In this document: piece by piece, positions 19,096-31,100 of the stretch
Layout of the letters: each line of letters opens with the position of its first letter
Position numbering within the stretch: position 1 is the stretch's first letter
Assembly: GCA_963592135.1 (NCBI GenBank)
Contig: CAVAVP010000021.1
Location: 40,248 to 104,247, forward strand
Direction: 5' to 3'
DNA: 64,000 nt
Origin: a bacterium
GTDB taxonomy: Bacteria > Bacillota > Clostridia > Christensenellales > UBA3700
Made by a program: the position numbers and the translations under genes
Notes under the pieces: model-generated
Database searches by the model: none
Told to the model about the DNA's origin: nothing
The model's input: only the letters and a program-made list of their open reading frames with translations

Positions 19096-22000
19096 TTAAA
19101 ATGTTGCTTTTCCGTCATTTGACGATTTTTTCTTTGCTTTTGCTTTAGCCTTAGATTTTACTTTTGCTTTAGCTTTCTTTTTCTTTTTAGAAACGCTCAC
19201 TCCCACGGCTATTCCTACTATGACTACTACTATTCCACCGGCTGCTGCAGCTATTAAAATAATGTTGTTCTTAATTAAATCAACAATTCCACCACCATCG
19301 CCGCTAGATTCTTCGCCATCACTTGTTGTAGTTGTTGAACCATCTTTTGATGCTTGAGCAATTGTTATTGTTGCTGTTACATCAGAATAGAAGTTAGCAT
19401 CAGCAAATATCATCTTTATTGTGTAATCACCTGCAGGCAAACATCCATCTTCGTCAAGTTCAACTTTTTCACCATTTACATCATAGTATTCGAAAGATAC
19501 ATAATCAGTATCTCCATTTTTATCATACTCAGCATAAAGGTTGCTTAAATCTGTAGAAGAATTTATTTTATTTATTCTACTAGACAAAAATGAAAAGTCT
19601 ATATCTGTTACTTTCTTTTGCGAAATTACAACTTTAACTTGTATGGTTTCTGTTGCATATTCGGTTGATGTAAATGTTATTTTACCAAAGTGAGTTCCTG
19701 CAGTATAAGGAATAGCCTCATCATCATACTCTACATCTACCGCAACTCCCTTATACCATACCTTATCGATGATCTTTGCAGATTCCCCGCCTGATAAATA
19801 TGAAACTTTCATATTACCATTTTCATCTAAATCAAACCCTTTAAATTGTCCTGGATGGAATGCTCCATCATATTCAACATTATTAACCTCTACAGGTGTA
19901 ATACCATTAATCTTTGTTTTATCAATAGTTAATGTTGCTGAAAGTTGTAATGTTCTATGGTTTTCAAGAGTAACTATTGCAAGAACTGTATAACTATTAA
20001 CTTCTGAGAATAATTGTAAGTATCCTTTTTGATCTAATACTTCTTTTCCGCTCGCATCAGTTTTGTATGTTCCTGCATAAGCCTCTGTTCCATATTTATA
20101 TTCTTCCCCGTTATATCTATATATAAGTTCCGCACCCATATCTAAGTATTTCTTTAATGCAGAATTTTCAGAATCATCAATTACAAATGAATAGTAATTA
20201 TTTGCTCCTTCATAGTATGTATAAATATCTTCGAATGTTATACCTTCCATATTTGCTTCTTCAACAATTAAATTAACTTGTTTTGAAGATGCATCAAAGT
20301 TGTTATCACCAAGGAAGGAAACTTTGAATATATAAGTTCCTGCATCGGTAAAGTTCGCTGGAGATAATTCGTTTACCGTTATATACTTTCTTGTAACTTC
20401 ATCAAATACTTGAATTTGAAGAATATCCGTCAAGTCTGTACTTCTATTTATAACTCCGTTGTTGTATGTCCAATATTGTGTAATATCATCCCATACGCCA
20501 ACAACAGTGGATTTTGAATTTACTCCGGTTACTAATACATTTCCTAATGTATAGTTATAGGTGTGTGGGTTTCCATCATATGTTATAGTTACATCATCAA
20601 TACTCATACTTGTTTTAGCTTTTGTTATTTCAATATAAGTATCGGCGTATGATTGATCATAGAAATAATCATTACCCGCAATTTCAATTTGTACTAAATA
20701 TTTTCCTACAGCATAAATACTTTCTAACTTTTCAGATGAAGGAACATTATTTACTACCAAGTAGTAAGAAATTGTAAAGTTGCCTATTTTACATACATCT
20801 ACAGCAGGGTCAAACGAGTCATCATTCTTTATTTCCACACCTGATGTTGATTTTAGTTCAAATGGAATATTATAACCTGAATATTCATAAGTTTGTGCAG
20901 TTAAGTCTAAAGATAGGTAACCCTTAACAATTGAGAATGTTATTGGATTTTTAGAATTGCTTACTGAATAATTTCCATCATCAATAGTTAATTTAACGTA
21001 ATATATATTTATTACATTTATAACATCTTCAGATATCAAATTAGTGCATTCTTCATCTAAATAGTATTTTATTGTAGCATTTTGTGTCTCACCAAACACA
21101 TCAGTATATGTTCCATCTATCTTATGTGAAACTCCATCATATGTTAATGTTGGAGAATATCCTTTAACTCCATCTAATGTTGTTAATACAGAAACTGATT
21201 TAGGACTAATTACTATCTCAGAGCTTGTAACATTTAGTATATAATTTCCTTCATCTTTAATAAAATCAGCTGAAACTGTATAAGTTCCCACATTTGGATA
21301 TGCTACTATTTTTCCATTTTCATATGTACATTGTGCATCTGAAACGACTTTTAGCGTAACTACATCTCCAGCTTCACCATCTACCCTTATTGTTTTTGGA
21401 ATTTCTGTTCCGTAAACATAAGACGACTTAAGTTGATCTACATAATTTGCCATTACTACATTAATTGTAGATGGAGATATTGTTGTTGTTATTTGATCAT
21501 AAACTTTACTCTCCTGTAAAAGCACGGTAAAATCTGTAAATTCTCTACCATCTGTAAAGAAGAATAAATATTTACCCTCATAAGCATCTATTCCTTCAAC
21601 GGATATGGAGATTTGTCTACTACCTGCGTTTGCAGAAGAATAAATAGCCGTTACCTTTGTATATTCAGTTAATATATCTGGAGATGAGAACGAATACTTG
21701 TCTGAATATAAAATTGTTGTTGTAGAATTTAATTCATCATTTGTTCCATCTTCATATACCTTTACTACCAAAGAAACATCTGCAACATCCTTTGCATCAT
21801 AGTTTTTACTAAATAAACTACTTAACTCATCACCTGACATTGAAGATAATGCTTTATCTCCATAGTAAATATTATCAAGTGTAATACTCATATACGCAAT
21901 AACTACGTTAATTGTCCATCTTATAGATTCTTCATAATTTTCAGCACCATTAGTTACATAGCCATCACCATTAGCGTATGATGTTGCATAAATACCTTCT

Positions 22001-25000
22001 GTTGAGACTAGTCTCATCTTAAATGTTGCATTCTTTATTTCAAAATCTAATACAAAAGTATTTGCTTGATTAGATTTAATTTCTTTTTCATAATTCACCC
22101 AAATATCTTCATTATTTTCATCTTGCTCATACGAATATTGCAAGTAAGCCCCTGATGCACCAAACACCGGAATAAAGTTAATTTTTACTGAAACTGGACA
22201 ATATTCCATAGTTGCATAATAAACTAAATATTCAGAATAATTTAGAGCAAAGACATTTGTAAGCGCTGTTTTTGTTGTATCTATTCTAACACTAAATGTC
22301 TTTTCAACTGTATTTCCTGCATTATCTGTATAATATACAGTTTGACTAGAATTTTTTCCATCCAATTTTAATGAACAACTCCACTTTGATGATGTCACAA
22401 GGGTATAATCTGTATGACCAGAACCTGAAACAATTCCTGACATTGAGTTATCATTTACTTCATAAGTAATTAATACATCTGTTGTTAACCATTCAGATAA
22501 ATCACTTGTAGATAATTGAAGTCCCTTATGATCAACTGCACTTTCGTCATATTCAAAGTACTTAACGCTCTTAATAATTGGTGCTGCATTATCTACGAAA
22601 CATTGGGCACTTGTTGTACCTATCTTTAAGTATTCTGGAGCACTAGACCCCTCTTCATATAATGGGTTTTCAATATACGCATTAAAGTTATATGTAAACT
22701 TTCCTGATTCGCTGACAGTGTAGGTTACATTAATCGCAGATTCATCAACAGGATTATATATAGATTCTGTTCCATTACCTTTCTTATAAGTATAATATTG
22801 CATTGCGCCGGCCTTGTTTAAATAAGATATAGTAATAGTATCTGAACTTACCCAGTTTTCCGAAGAACTTAAATTCGTTGCTGTAAACATAGAACTTGTT
22901 CCTTGATATATAGCATACTCATAAATAAAGTTCGAATCATACTCAGCAAGAACACATGCTGTATCATCATAATATATAAAGTCAGTCGATGTTGCCCCGT
23001 CTCTTTCAGTTACATTTATTTTTATTGAATAAGTGTAAAGTCCTGGAATATATGTATCTGCCTGATCTTTTATATTGTAAGTATATGCAGTCTCTTCTTG
23101 ATTTTCGTCAAGAAGTGTTAACTTTGTTGTCATTATATAAGCATCACTATTTAAAACAACTTCCTCGCCTGTATTTCTTGTTAAAACAAGTTTAGGTGCA
23201 TTAACAGCAGTACCATTATAATATTTTGCATTATTTGTAATAAAATTATTTGTGTTGACTATTGTGTTTGTGTCTAAGAATGATGCTTCAACTTTCTCAC
23301 CAAATGTATATATAACAGCACCTTTTCTATTACCAGAAAGTTTAAATATTTGTGCGCCAACTTGATCAGAAGCTATAACTAATGTCCCATCAACAACTCC
23401 TCTTTCGTTAGATGCATATTGAAGTGACCAAATAAACTTACCTAAACCCGTTTTTGTATCAGATAAATTGAAATTTATGTAAGTAGTTGTTATTTCATCA
23501 TCTATACTTCCTGTTCCTGTATAATTATCTCCATCAAAAAAGCCTTCTGCGACTGCTTCTACTCTAATTGGGTCTTCTGTTTTTGAATAATCATAAGAAA
23601 CCCTTAGACTTCCATATGTAGTTGTCTTATATATTTCTGTCCATGAGCCATATAAAATTGAACCTGTTGTATTATCACCGCAAGTATCTAGTGTCGTATA
23701 AGTCTTACCATTATCATTACTTTGAGATTGAACAAGACCTATATAATCATATAAAATTACAATATTTTTAACTTCTGGACTTGAACCTATATTATCAAAT
23801 AAACCACCTGCTATAGATTTTTCAGTACTTACAGCTTCAGACAAACTATTAAATCTAAATCTAGCACTTGAGCCTGTCCAAGCTGAAATTATACCATCTA
23901 TTTGCCCTGCGTTTACGGCCTCTGTTGAGTAAGCGTCAACGCCAGATATTATCATAGTTGCACCTACTGCACCACCAGCGAATCCATAACCGCCATTCTC
24001 ATTTCTTGACGAACCAGTATCATGAGCAATATTTGCTCTAACAACACCACTTCCTTTTAGTGAACAATTTACTATTTTTGCTGTATCATCAGCCGGCTTT
24101 ATACCACCAGCAAGGCCACCTGCCACCGCTAATGCTTTTTTAGTAGCGGAAGTATCCATAGAACCATCAGATAAACATAAAATACCACCCTCGTTTATTA
24201 GAGTTGTTCTTGTTAATAATCCATTTGGACCTACAAATCCAACTACACCGCCTACAATTCCTGAATTGTGGCACATACCCGGAGCGGCATAACCACCATT
24301 ATTATTTTGTTCATCTTTGTGGTCTATAGCAAAATCTTCTTGTATGTCAATAGTACAATTTTCAATTGTTCCATTATATAAAAGTCCACATACAAGGCCT
24401 ACAACCATTGTTTGAATTTTTATACCCCAGTCTTTTGAACCATAATATACTAGTGTTCCTTTAGATGTTGATAATTCTGAATAAACATTTAAATTTGAAT
24501 TCCAAACAAAGTTACAATTTGCAATAATTCCTTGATTAACACCAGTTATCATACCAGCATAACCATATCCATAATAAGACCTATTCCCTAATTTTGCGTA
24601 ATAGGTTGTATTTGAAGATAATTCGCCAACAACACCTGAATAACCATCATTTAAATAAAACTCTGAACCTCCAACTGGTGATGTCATATTAATTGTATAA
24701 CCATTGCCATCTAAAATACCATAGAATGTACCGTTATTAAGCCACTTACCACTACGGGAATTAGAATATAGTGTTTGCATATTATAGTCTATATCATTAG
24801 CAACAAAACCTACATTCTTATTAGCAGTTGTAACGCTACAACTATCTATAAAGGATAAAAGTTCAGCTCCTGTTGTAATCTTTACAATACTATAACTTGA
24901 ATCATATTTAGTTGAAATATAATCATAATTTAGGTGATATTTTCCATCACTACCTAATGTATATTTTCCGCCTTCGTCAGAGGAAATTATTTTGTTGTCT

Positions 25001-25170
25001 GAGCCATATAAATACCCATCAACAACGTCAAAGTCAGTAAACAATACTGTATCTGCGTTGACAGAATTATTAGCTGCATTTTGCGTAGTTTGTGTAAGAG
25101 CACAAATTAGTGCAATTATACAAACTACAGCCATTAAACTTATAATTATAGATTTATTAGTTTTACTCAT
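19096..25170 (-). CDS. Giant (about 2024 aa) surface protein, paralogous architecture: signal peptide, GLUG-motif head, repeat stalk, C-terminal TM plus poly-Lys/Ala tail
   Basis: Uninterrupted 6.1-kb ORF. ATG 25170 lies 1 nt after the upstream stop, with GGAGGA in the upstream gene's last codons. GLUG-like strings include GYAGMITGVNQGIIANCNF and AVAGGLAGG...IVNCSL. The C-terminus is IILIAAAAGGIVVVIVGIAVGVSVSKKKKKAKAKVKSKAKAKAKKK. Confidence 0.85.
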   Translation of the reverse strand: MSKTNKSIIISLMAVVCIIALICALTQTTQNAANNSVNADTVLFTDFDVVDGYLYGSDNKIISSDEGGKYTLGSDGKYHLNYDYISTKYDSSYSIVKITTGAELLSFIDSCSVTTANKNVGFVANDIDYNMQTLYSNSRSGKWLNNGTFYGILDGNGYTINMTSPVGGSEFYLNDGYSGVVGELSSNTTYYAKLGNRSYYGYGYAGMITGVNQGIIANCNFVWNSNLNVYSELSTSKGTLVYYGSKDWGIKIQTMVVGLVCGLLYNGTIENCTIDIQEDFAIDHKDEQNNNGGYAAPGMCHNSGIVGGVVGFVGPNGLLTRTTLINEGGILCLSDGSMDTSATKKALAVAGGLAGGIKPADDTAKIVNCSLKGSGVVRANIAHDTGSSRNENGGYGFAGGAVGATMIISGVDAYSTEAVNAGQIDGIISAWTGSSARFRFNSLSEAVSTEKSIAGGLFDNIGSSPEVKNIVILYDYIGLVQSQSNDNGKTYTTLDTCGDNTTGSILYGSWTEIYKTTTYGSLRVSYDYSKTEDPIRVEAVAEGFFDGDNYTGTGSIDDEITTTYINFNLSDTKTGLGKFIWSLQYASNERGVVDGTLVIASDQVGAQIFKLSGNRKGAVIYTFGEKVEASFLDTNTIVNTNNFITNNAKYYNGTAVNAPKLVLTRNTGEEVVLNSDAYIMTTKLTLLDENQEETAYTYNIKDQADTYIPGLYTYSIKINVTERDGATSTDFIYYDDTACVLAEYDSNFIYEYAIYQGTSSMFTATNLSSSENWVSSDTITISYLNKAGAMQYYTYKKGNGTESIYNPVDESAINVTYTVSESGKFTYNFNAYIENPLYEEGSSAPEYLKIGTTSAQCFVDNAAPIIKSVKYFEYDESAVDHKGLQLSTSDLSEWLTTDVLITYEVNDNSMSGIVSGSGHTDYTLVTSSKWSCSLKLDGKNSSQTVYYTDNAGNTVEKTFSVRIDTTKTALTNVFALNYSEYLVYYATMEYCPVSVKINFIPVFGASGAYLQYSYEQDENNEDIWVNYEKEIKSNQANTFVLDFEIKNATFKMRLVSTEGIYATSYANGDGYVTNGAENYEESIRWTINVVIAYMSITLDNIYYGDKALSSMSGDELSSLFSKNYDAKDVADVSLVVKVYEDGTNDELNSTTTILYSDKYSFSSPDILTEYTKVTAIYSSANAGSRQISISVEGIDAYEGKYLFFFTDGREFTDFTVLLQESKVYDQITTTISPSTINVVMANYVDQLKSSYVYGTEIPKTIRVDGEAGDVVTLKVVSDAQCTYENGKIVAYPNVGTYTVSADFIKDEGNYILNVTSSEIVISPKSVSVLTTLDGVKGYSPTLTYDGVSHKIDGTYTDVFGETQNATIKYYLDEECTNLISEDVINVINIYYVKLTIDDGNYSVSNSKNPITFSIVKGYLSLDLTAQTYEYSGYNIPFELKSTSGVEIKNDDSFDPAVDVCKIGNFTISYYLVVNNVPSSEKLESIYAVGKYLVQIEIAGNDYFYDQSYADTYIEITKAKTSMSIDDVTITYDGNPHTYNYTLGNVLVTGVNSKSTVVGVWDDITQYWTYNNGVINRSTDLTDILQIQVFDEVTRKYITVNELSPANFTDAGTYIFKVSFLGDNNFDASSKQVNLIVEEANMEGITFEDIYTYYEGANNYYSFVIDDSENSALKKYLDMGAELIYRYNGEEYKYGTEAYAGTYKTDASGKEVLDQKGYLQLFSEVNSYTVLAIVTLENHRTLQLSATLTIDKTKINGITPVEVNNVEYDGAFHPGQFKGFDLDENGNMKVSYLSGGESAKIIDKVWYKGVAVDVEYDDEAIPYTAGTHFGKITFTSTEYATETIQVKVVISQKKVTDIDFSFLSSRINKINSSTDLSNLYAEYDKNGDTDYVSFEYYDVNGEKVELDEDGCLPAGDYTIKMIFADANFYSDVTATITIAQASKDGSTTTTSDGEESSGDGGGIVDLIKNNIILIAAAAGGIVVVIVGIAVGVSVSKKKKKAKAKVKSKAKAKAKKKSSNDGKATF

Positions 25171-25171
25171 A

Positions 25172-28100
25172 TTAGTCCTCCACTCTACCTGTAACAAATA
25201 CCATAATTGAAGAAGTTTGTTCTAGTGTTCCAGATCCAATACCTATAGTTACATTTGCATATAATTGATTAGATACTGTTAATCTATAATAATCAGTATT
25301 TACATCAAATTTAGCACCTGCACCATATTTTGTAATCTTTTGATAACTTGTTTCATCTAATGTGTAGAATGTGCCAGTTGTATTTTCATCTACTACAGCA
25401 ATTTCTCTTGTGTAGTAAGTTAATGTGTCTGAATAATTTGTTCCTGTTAATGTTACTGGATAGAATTTTCCATCTAAGCGGAAGTAGTAACTACCAGTTG
25501 AAGCACTAGTTAAATCTTTAGCTTCATTAAATGCATAATAAGTCTTTGTAGTGTCATTCTTACCATTTCCTCTTAATACTATAGAATCATACTCTCCTTT
25601 AACATAGAATACGCCTCTTGTTGAAGCTTCAACTGATTCATCTAAAGTATATTCAAATTTTGTTTCATGTATAATACCTGCTTGATATCCATATTTGCTT
25701 CCTTTTCCATCATTTAGTGTAGTTAAATCAATTTCACAATCAACATATTCGCTAGTTCCATCAGTAAAGTATACAAGAAGTCTTGACTTTACCTTACCTT
25801 GTCTCTTTTGAGCAGCTGTTAGTCCTTCGCCATTATAAAGCACTTCATAGTAACTTGTGTCAGAGAAACTATCGGTAGCAGCATTATATGTTTGATAATA
25901 TGAATCAACTGCACTTATATAATCGACAGTCTTTGTAGCAAACTCTACATCTACAGATAATTGAATTTGATACTCTTCACCATATCCAATATAATAGTAA
26001 ATTGTTTCTTCTCCGCCCTCTGGAGATATATTTAATACTGCTAAATCCCAATATACAGGAAGATTATATGTTGTTGTCTCATTCTCAACAACAAGTTTGC
26101 ATTGAACTCCATCAACCTCGTATATCTTAGTTTCAGTATTATAGTTGTACTCGCTTGATTTTCTAAGTTCTTGTTTTAAAGCTGAAGCTTCATTTAGAGT
26201 ATTAACTGATTGAGAATAATAAACCTTATTATCTTCAACACCTACTAATTTAACTATATAACTTGTAATCCATGAAATATCCATTTGGCTTTCGAATATA
26301 TCATAAGTTAATGTACCATTGTCCATTAAGGTATATGAATATGGATCAATTGGACTACTTGTTATGCTTGATGTATCGACTATAATTTGATCTACGCTAC
26401 GATCTAGAATTTCTACATTAACATTAAAGCTTAAGTTATTAGTTAACCAACATGTGGCAACTAAATTATTTTGAGCAGACATTGTAACTTTAAAGTTGTA
26501 TTCCCACTTAGCTACATCCATTGTACCTATTGTTCCATTTTCATAAACTACAGTTACGCTTGATGGTAATGCTTTATTACCTAAGAAGTTAACTTTTACT
26601 GGGTCAATTTGATATACGCCACCCATGTAATCGCTTCCCAATAACATTAATCCTGTTATTGCAGTTCCATCTACCTCAACGTTAACAATACTTGTTTGAT
26701 AGAATGGATTTGAACCATTTACAAGTAATCCTGTAACTATACCATCTTCATTATACTTAGCAACATCAAATCCTATAGTGATTGTAAATTGTGTATAATC
26801 ATTCATGTAATCTACATTAAATGCATCAACTTCTATCCAATCCCAAGCTATAGGAAGTTCTAGAACCTTATTATTTGTAAATTTAACATAAGCTGAACTT
26901 GGATAATAATCATGCTTATCTGCTAAGTTATTATATTCATAAGGATTAATAGTGAATGTTTGTTTTGTTAATTCTTTATCAAAGTAGATTGCCGAAATTT
27001 CATTTCTACTTACTGATACTTTAACATCTTGTGTCCATTTAAAAGTATCGCCTGAAGCATAAGCTAATTCATCTAGAGAAACTTTAGCTATTGATGAATA
27101 ATCGTTATTATTATTCCACTTGTAATCAATATTTGAATCAACACCTGACCAAACAACGTTTACATCTCCTTGATATGCATTTTCACCTTCATCATAATTT
27201 ACTGTTACCTTTGTTTGATAAGGGTTGTATGCTTCATTGTTTACTGGGTCAGTTAAGTATAAGTAATATTCATATGGTTGAATATCTAGCGTATTGTTCT
27301 TTTCACCAAACACAACAGATGAAACTTTCTTTGAAGGAACATCAAATACGATTGTAACAGTTTGTTCGTTATTTGTTCCGCTCATTACGGTTGCTTTTAT
27401 ATCATATTGAGCTGCAGAAATGTCATGAGTTGTAAATCTGTCAAATAATTCTGTAGCATTACCATAATCCCATGTAGCATCTAAGAATCCATATGTTCCA
27501 TCGCTATACTTAAAGTATAGTGTTGATGGAGTATAGTCATTTATTGATGTTGTTGAATCAAAATTATATAGGTCTATAGTAATCTTATTATCACTAGCAC
27601 CAGAAATTACTGTATCAACAATAGTTGAATCTAAATACTTAATTGTAAATGGAGCTTCAACGCCATTAGCAAACTTGATATAAACTGTTTGCTCCCATCC
27701 GCCATCTTTAGAATCCGCATTACAATAAGCATAATCTGTAATAATACCGCTATCTGCTACGCCATTTGACTTCGTATATATACTCATTGAAGATACAGGA
27801 AGTCTTCTTTCAACTCCATCAGTTGTATATACCATAATATATTCTGGTAATGACTCATAAACATGCATAGATAGAGTTTCAATCTTTTCAATTGAAGCGC
27901 TACTTCTTATCTTTAATTTAATAGTCATTGTTGCTGTATTTGCACCACTATTAAATGGAGCAGTTGCAGTAATGTAGTAAATACCTGGATTTGTATAACT
28001 ATCTAAGTTCGCAAAAGATAAATCTTTATTCATAGAAGTTATAGTATCTGAATATTTTCCTGTACTTATATCAAATGCTTGGAATCCAGTAATCTTAAAT

Positions 28101-31100
28101 GAAACGCTAGCCTTATATATATTTTGACCTTTTTGATAAGTAGCTTCCTTGTTTGTGAAATTTTCACCTACCATTGTATTATATGCATTTTCCGCATTTG
28201 TATATAAATATGGATCATAAGTTACTGTTGCTGGAATTTGATCCCATGTAATAGCGCCATCTACACCTGTATATGTAGAATCACCTACAGCATTTGAAGT
28301 ATTGAATATGTATACATTTGTAAAGTATGAACTTGATCTACCTGCAGAATATGTCTTTGTACTTTCCGTATTATAGAATGTTAATACATTTCCATTATCA
28401 TCCGTAACTGCTTGTCCATGATCTTGATTAGTTAAATAGATATTAGTTAATTGTCCTCTAACCAAATTTAGACCAAGATGTGATTCATTTGTTACAGCAA
28501 ATGGTATAAATCTATTTATAATATTACCAATTTGGTTTTCTAAATTACTTGTAACTAACATAGAAATTAATCCTGAAGATAAAGATACTCCAGCTAGATT
28601 CTTTAATACATCTGCCAAGATGCTTGGAACTTGATCCATTAAATCATCAAATGTAGCTCCACCATCAATTCTATTCCAGTATACCTTAGCTAAATAGTTG
28701 CTTGAGAATGTACCTTCAGCAAGTTCGGCTAAGTTTAGAATTGTTTCTTGTCCAAAAATATAATACATTAAGTTATCTATTAATGAGTTAAAGTTATAAG
28801 GATCTATCTCAACATCAAGATTCATTATTCCTAGTTTTGTTGTTTGATCAACGCTTAAATAAATCTTTACTAAATCAATAAGGCTTGTAATGTCTAAATT
28901 CGAGAATAATGCAGAAATACCAGATACTACATTTAAGTCATAGTAATCATAGTAATCCTTTGTTCCTTCATGACGAGAAATCTTACAAATATAGAACTTA
29001 TATGTAGTTGTTGAGTTTCCACTTTCATCCGTTGTTGTCTTTTCAATTCTATAAACATTGTTTAAGTTTGAAACCGATGCTGTTGGGAAATTCTTAGGTG
29101 ATGTATATGAAGTATTTATAGATAAAGCAGTAAAGCCAGACCCATTATACATTTGAATTTCATCATCATTATAATTTGAAGAAGTTCCATTAGTCTTATA
29201 GAATAATTGTCCAACTTCATAAGTCGAAGCCTTACTTGTAACACCTGTCCAACCAGCTGTTGATACAACTTGAGTCGCAGATACACTGCCACTTGTTATA
29301 ATTGTATCTTCTTCCTCTGTACTTTCTGTTGATGTAGAAGTATCCGGTTGAGTTGTTGTATCTTCAACTCCTAAGTCTTCATTTGTATCTTTTATTAATC
29401 CTGAAACTAAATTATTAATAGAATCAAGCACTCCATCTAATGTTCCACTTAACATGCTTACTAAGTCTAAATCAATAGAAACAGTACCAACCTTTGAACC
29501 TACATCAACCACGTATTTAATTAAGTTATTACAAATAGTTAAGTTCATCTTACCTTTTGTATAATCTAATTCTACATATACAAGTGGAGTCTTTGAACCA
29601 GCACCGGTATTATTGAATTCAGTTTCATCAATATCTGCAATTGTTACTAATATTGAGCCCTTAGCTGCACTCTTACCATCTGTATTAGATAAGCTTCTCT
29701 TTGAGTCTAGTTTTTCAATATAAATTCTTGTATATTCAGGGGATCCTGTTGTGGATGTATATTGATTCAAATCTATATATAGACCTAATTCTAGATTCTT
29801 TAATATAGACTTAATTAAATATTCACCCTTTGTTGCATTCCAATCAGGAATTTGGTCTAAGTCTATATCAAATGAGGCATCGCCACCCGCTTCAAGTTCA
29901 ATTTCAACATCTGCCCAAATAGAGTTTTCTATTTCAGCATTAAGTGCAAGTTTGCCAGCAAGTATATCAACGTTTAAATCTATTCCTAAATCTAATCCTA
30001 GGCTATATCCTAACAATTCCCTGAATAATGATTCAAAGACATCAGCCGCAACAGACGCAAATATTGTTGTATCTTTAATAGACAAACTAGATAAAATAAC
30101 AGCAATTAAATTATCTGAAATACTTACATCTTCATCCGAACCTGAAACATCTCCGTCTGACGTAGAAACATCTCCATCTGATGTAGAAACATCAGTATTA
30201 CCTGCATTTTCTTGTGGCTGTGTTGTTACTTCAGTTGATGAAGAAACTTCATCTGAATTAGATGTGTCGCCACCTATTAAATTCTCAAGTAATCCACCAA
30301 CAATACTTGTTAAAGATAAATCTCCAACACCATCAAGTATTGATTGTAATGCAGTTCCTAACTTAGCAATTGCTGGAACATTAACTAATTCAACATCAAA
30401 TAGTCCAAGGCCATTTAAATCTAATACAACGCTGTTGTTATAGATATAAACACCTAGCCATACATTACCCTCATAAATAACTTCTATCTTAATTTGTGTT
30501 TGCTTAAAGTTATCTAGATTTAAGTGTAATTGAGCTATTATTTGTACTTGAGTTTTCCAATCGTCGAAATCTACTTCAATTGGAATATTAAATGAACTTG
30601 CTTGTTCCGCAACAATATTGTCTACGATCTTATTAATATCCCATATTGAATTTAATACTTCTGCATCTAGTGTTAATGTTAACTTCATATCACCAATGGT
30701 TTGAATAATTGCATCAATTAAATCGTCATGGTATTTTGTAGTTTCAGCTGCTAACTTCTCAGTCTTCGTTTCATATTTACTCTTTAAAGTAGTTGCTGAA
30801 CCAATCTGTACAGGCGCCTTTTTAGTTCCTGTTTGAATATTAATCTTTAGGTCATCATCAAAATAATTTCCTGTTTCTTCTGTCCATTTTGGGATTAAAG
30901 CTCCAGATACTGTTAAATCTAAACCTTTTGATCTTGAAGCTACAAGTTCAACTGTTAAATCGAATACTTCAGCTAAATCCATGCCTAAATTAACATTAAA
31001 TACACCTAATAACTCTTGAACAGCAACAATTGATGCAGATATAGCAACTATATCCTCATTTACTAAAATTGCAAGAGCATTTGAAATGTCAACCATTGAG

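Noticed and set aside
29952-30443. 163-aa plus-strand ORF inside the giant lipoprotein gene
   Set aside because: It is the antisense mirror of the acidic tandem-repeat/hinge region. It is Ser/Pro/Thr-rich low complexity, has no RBS, and lies wholly within a 9.4-kb uninterrupted minus-strand ORF.
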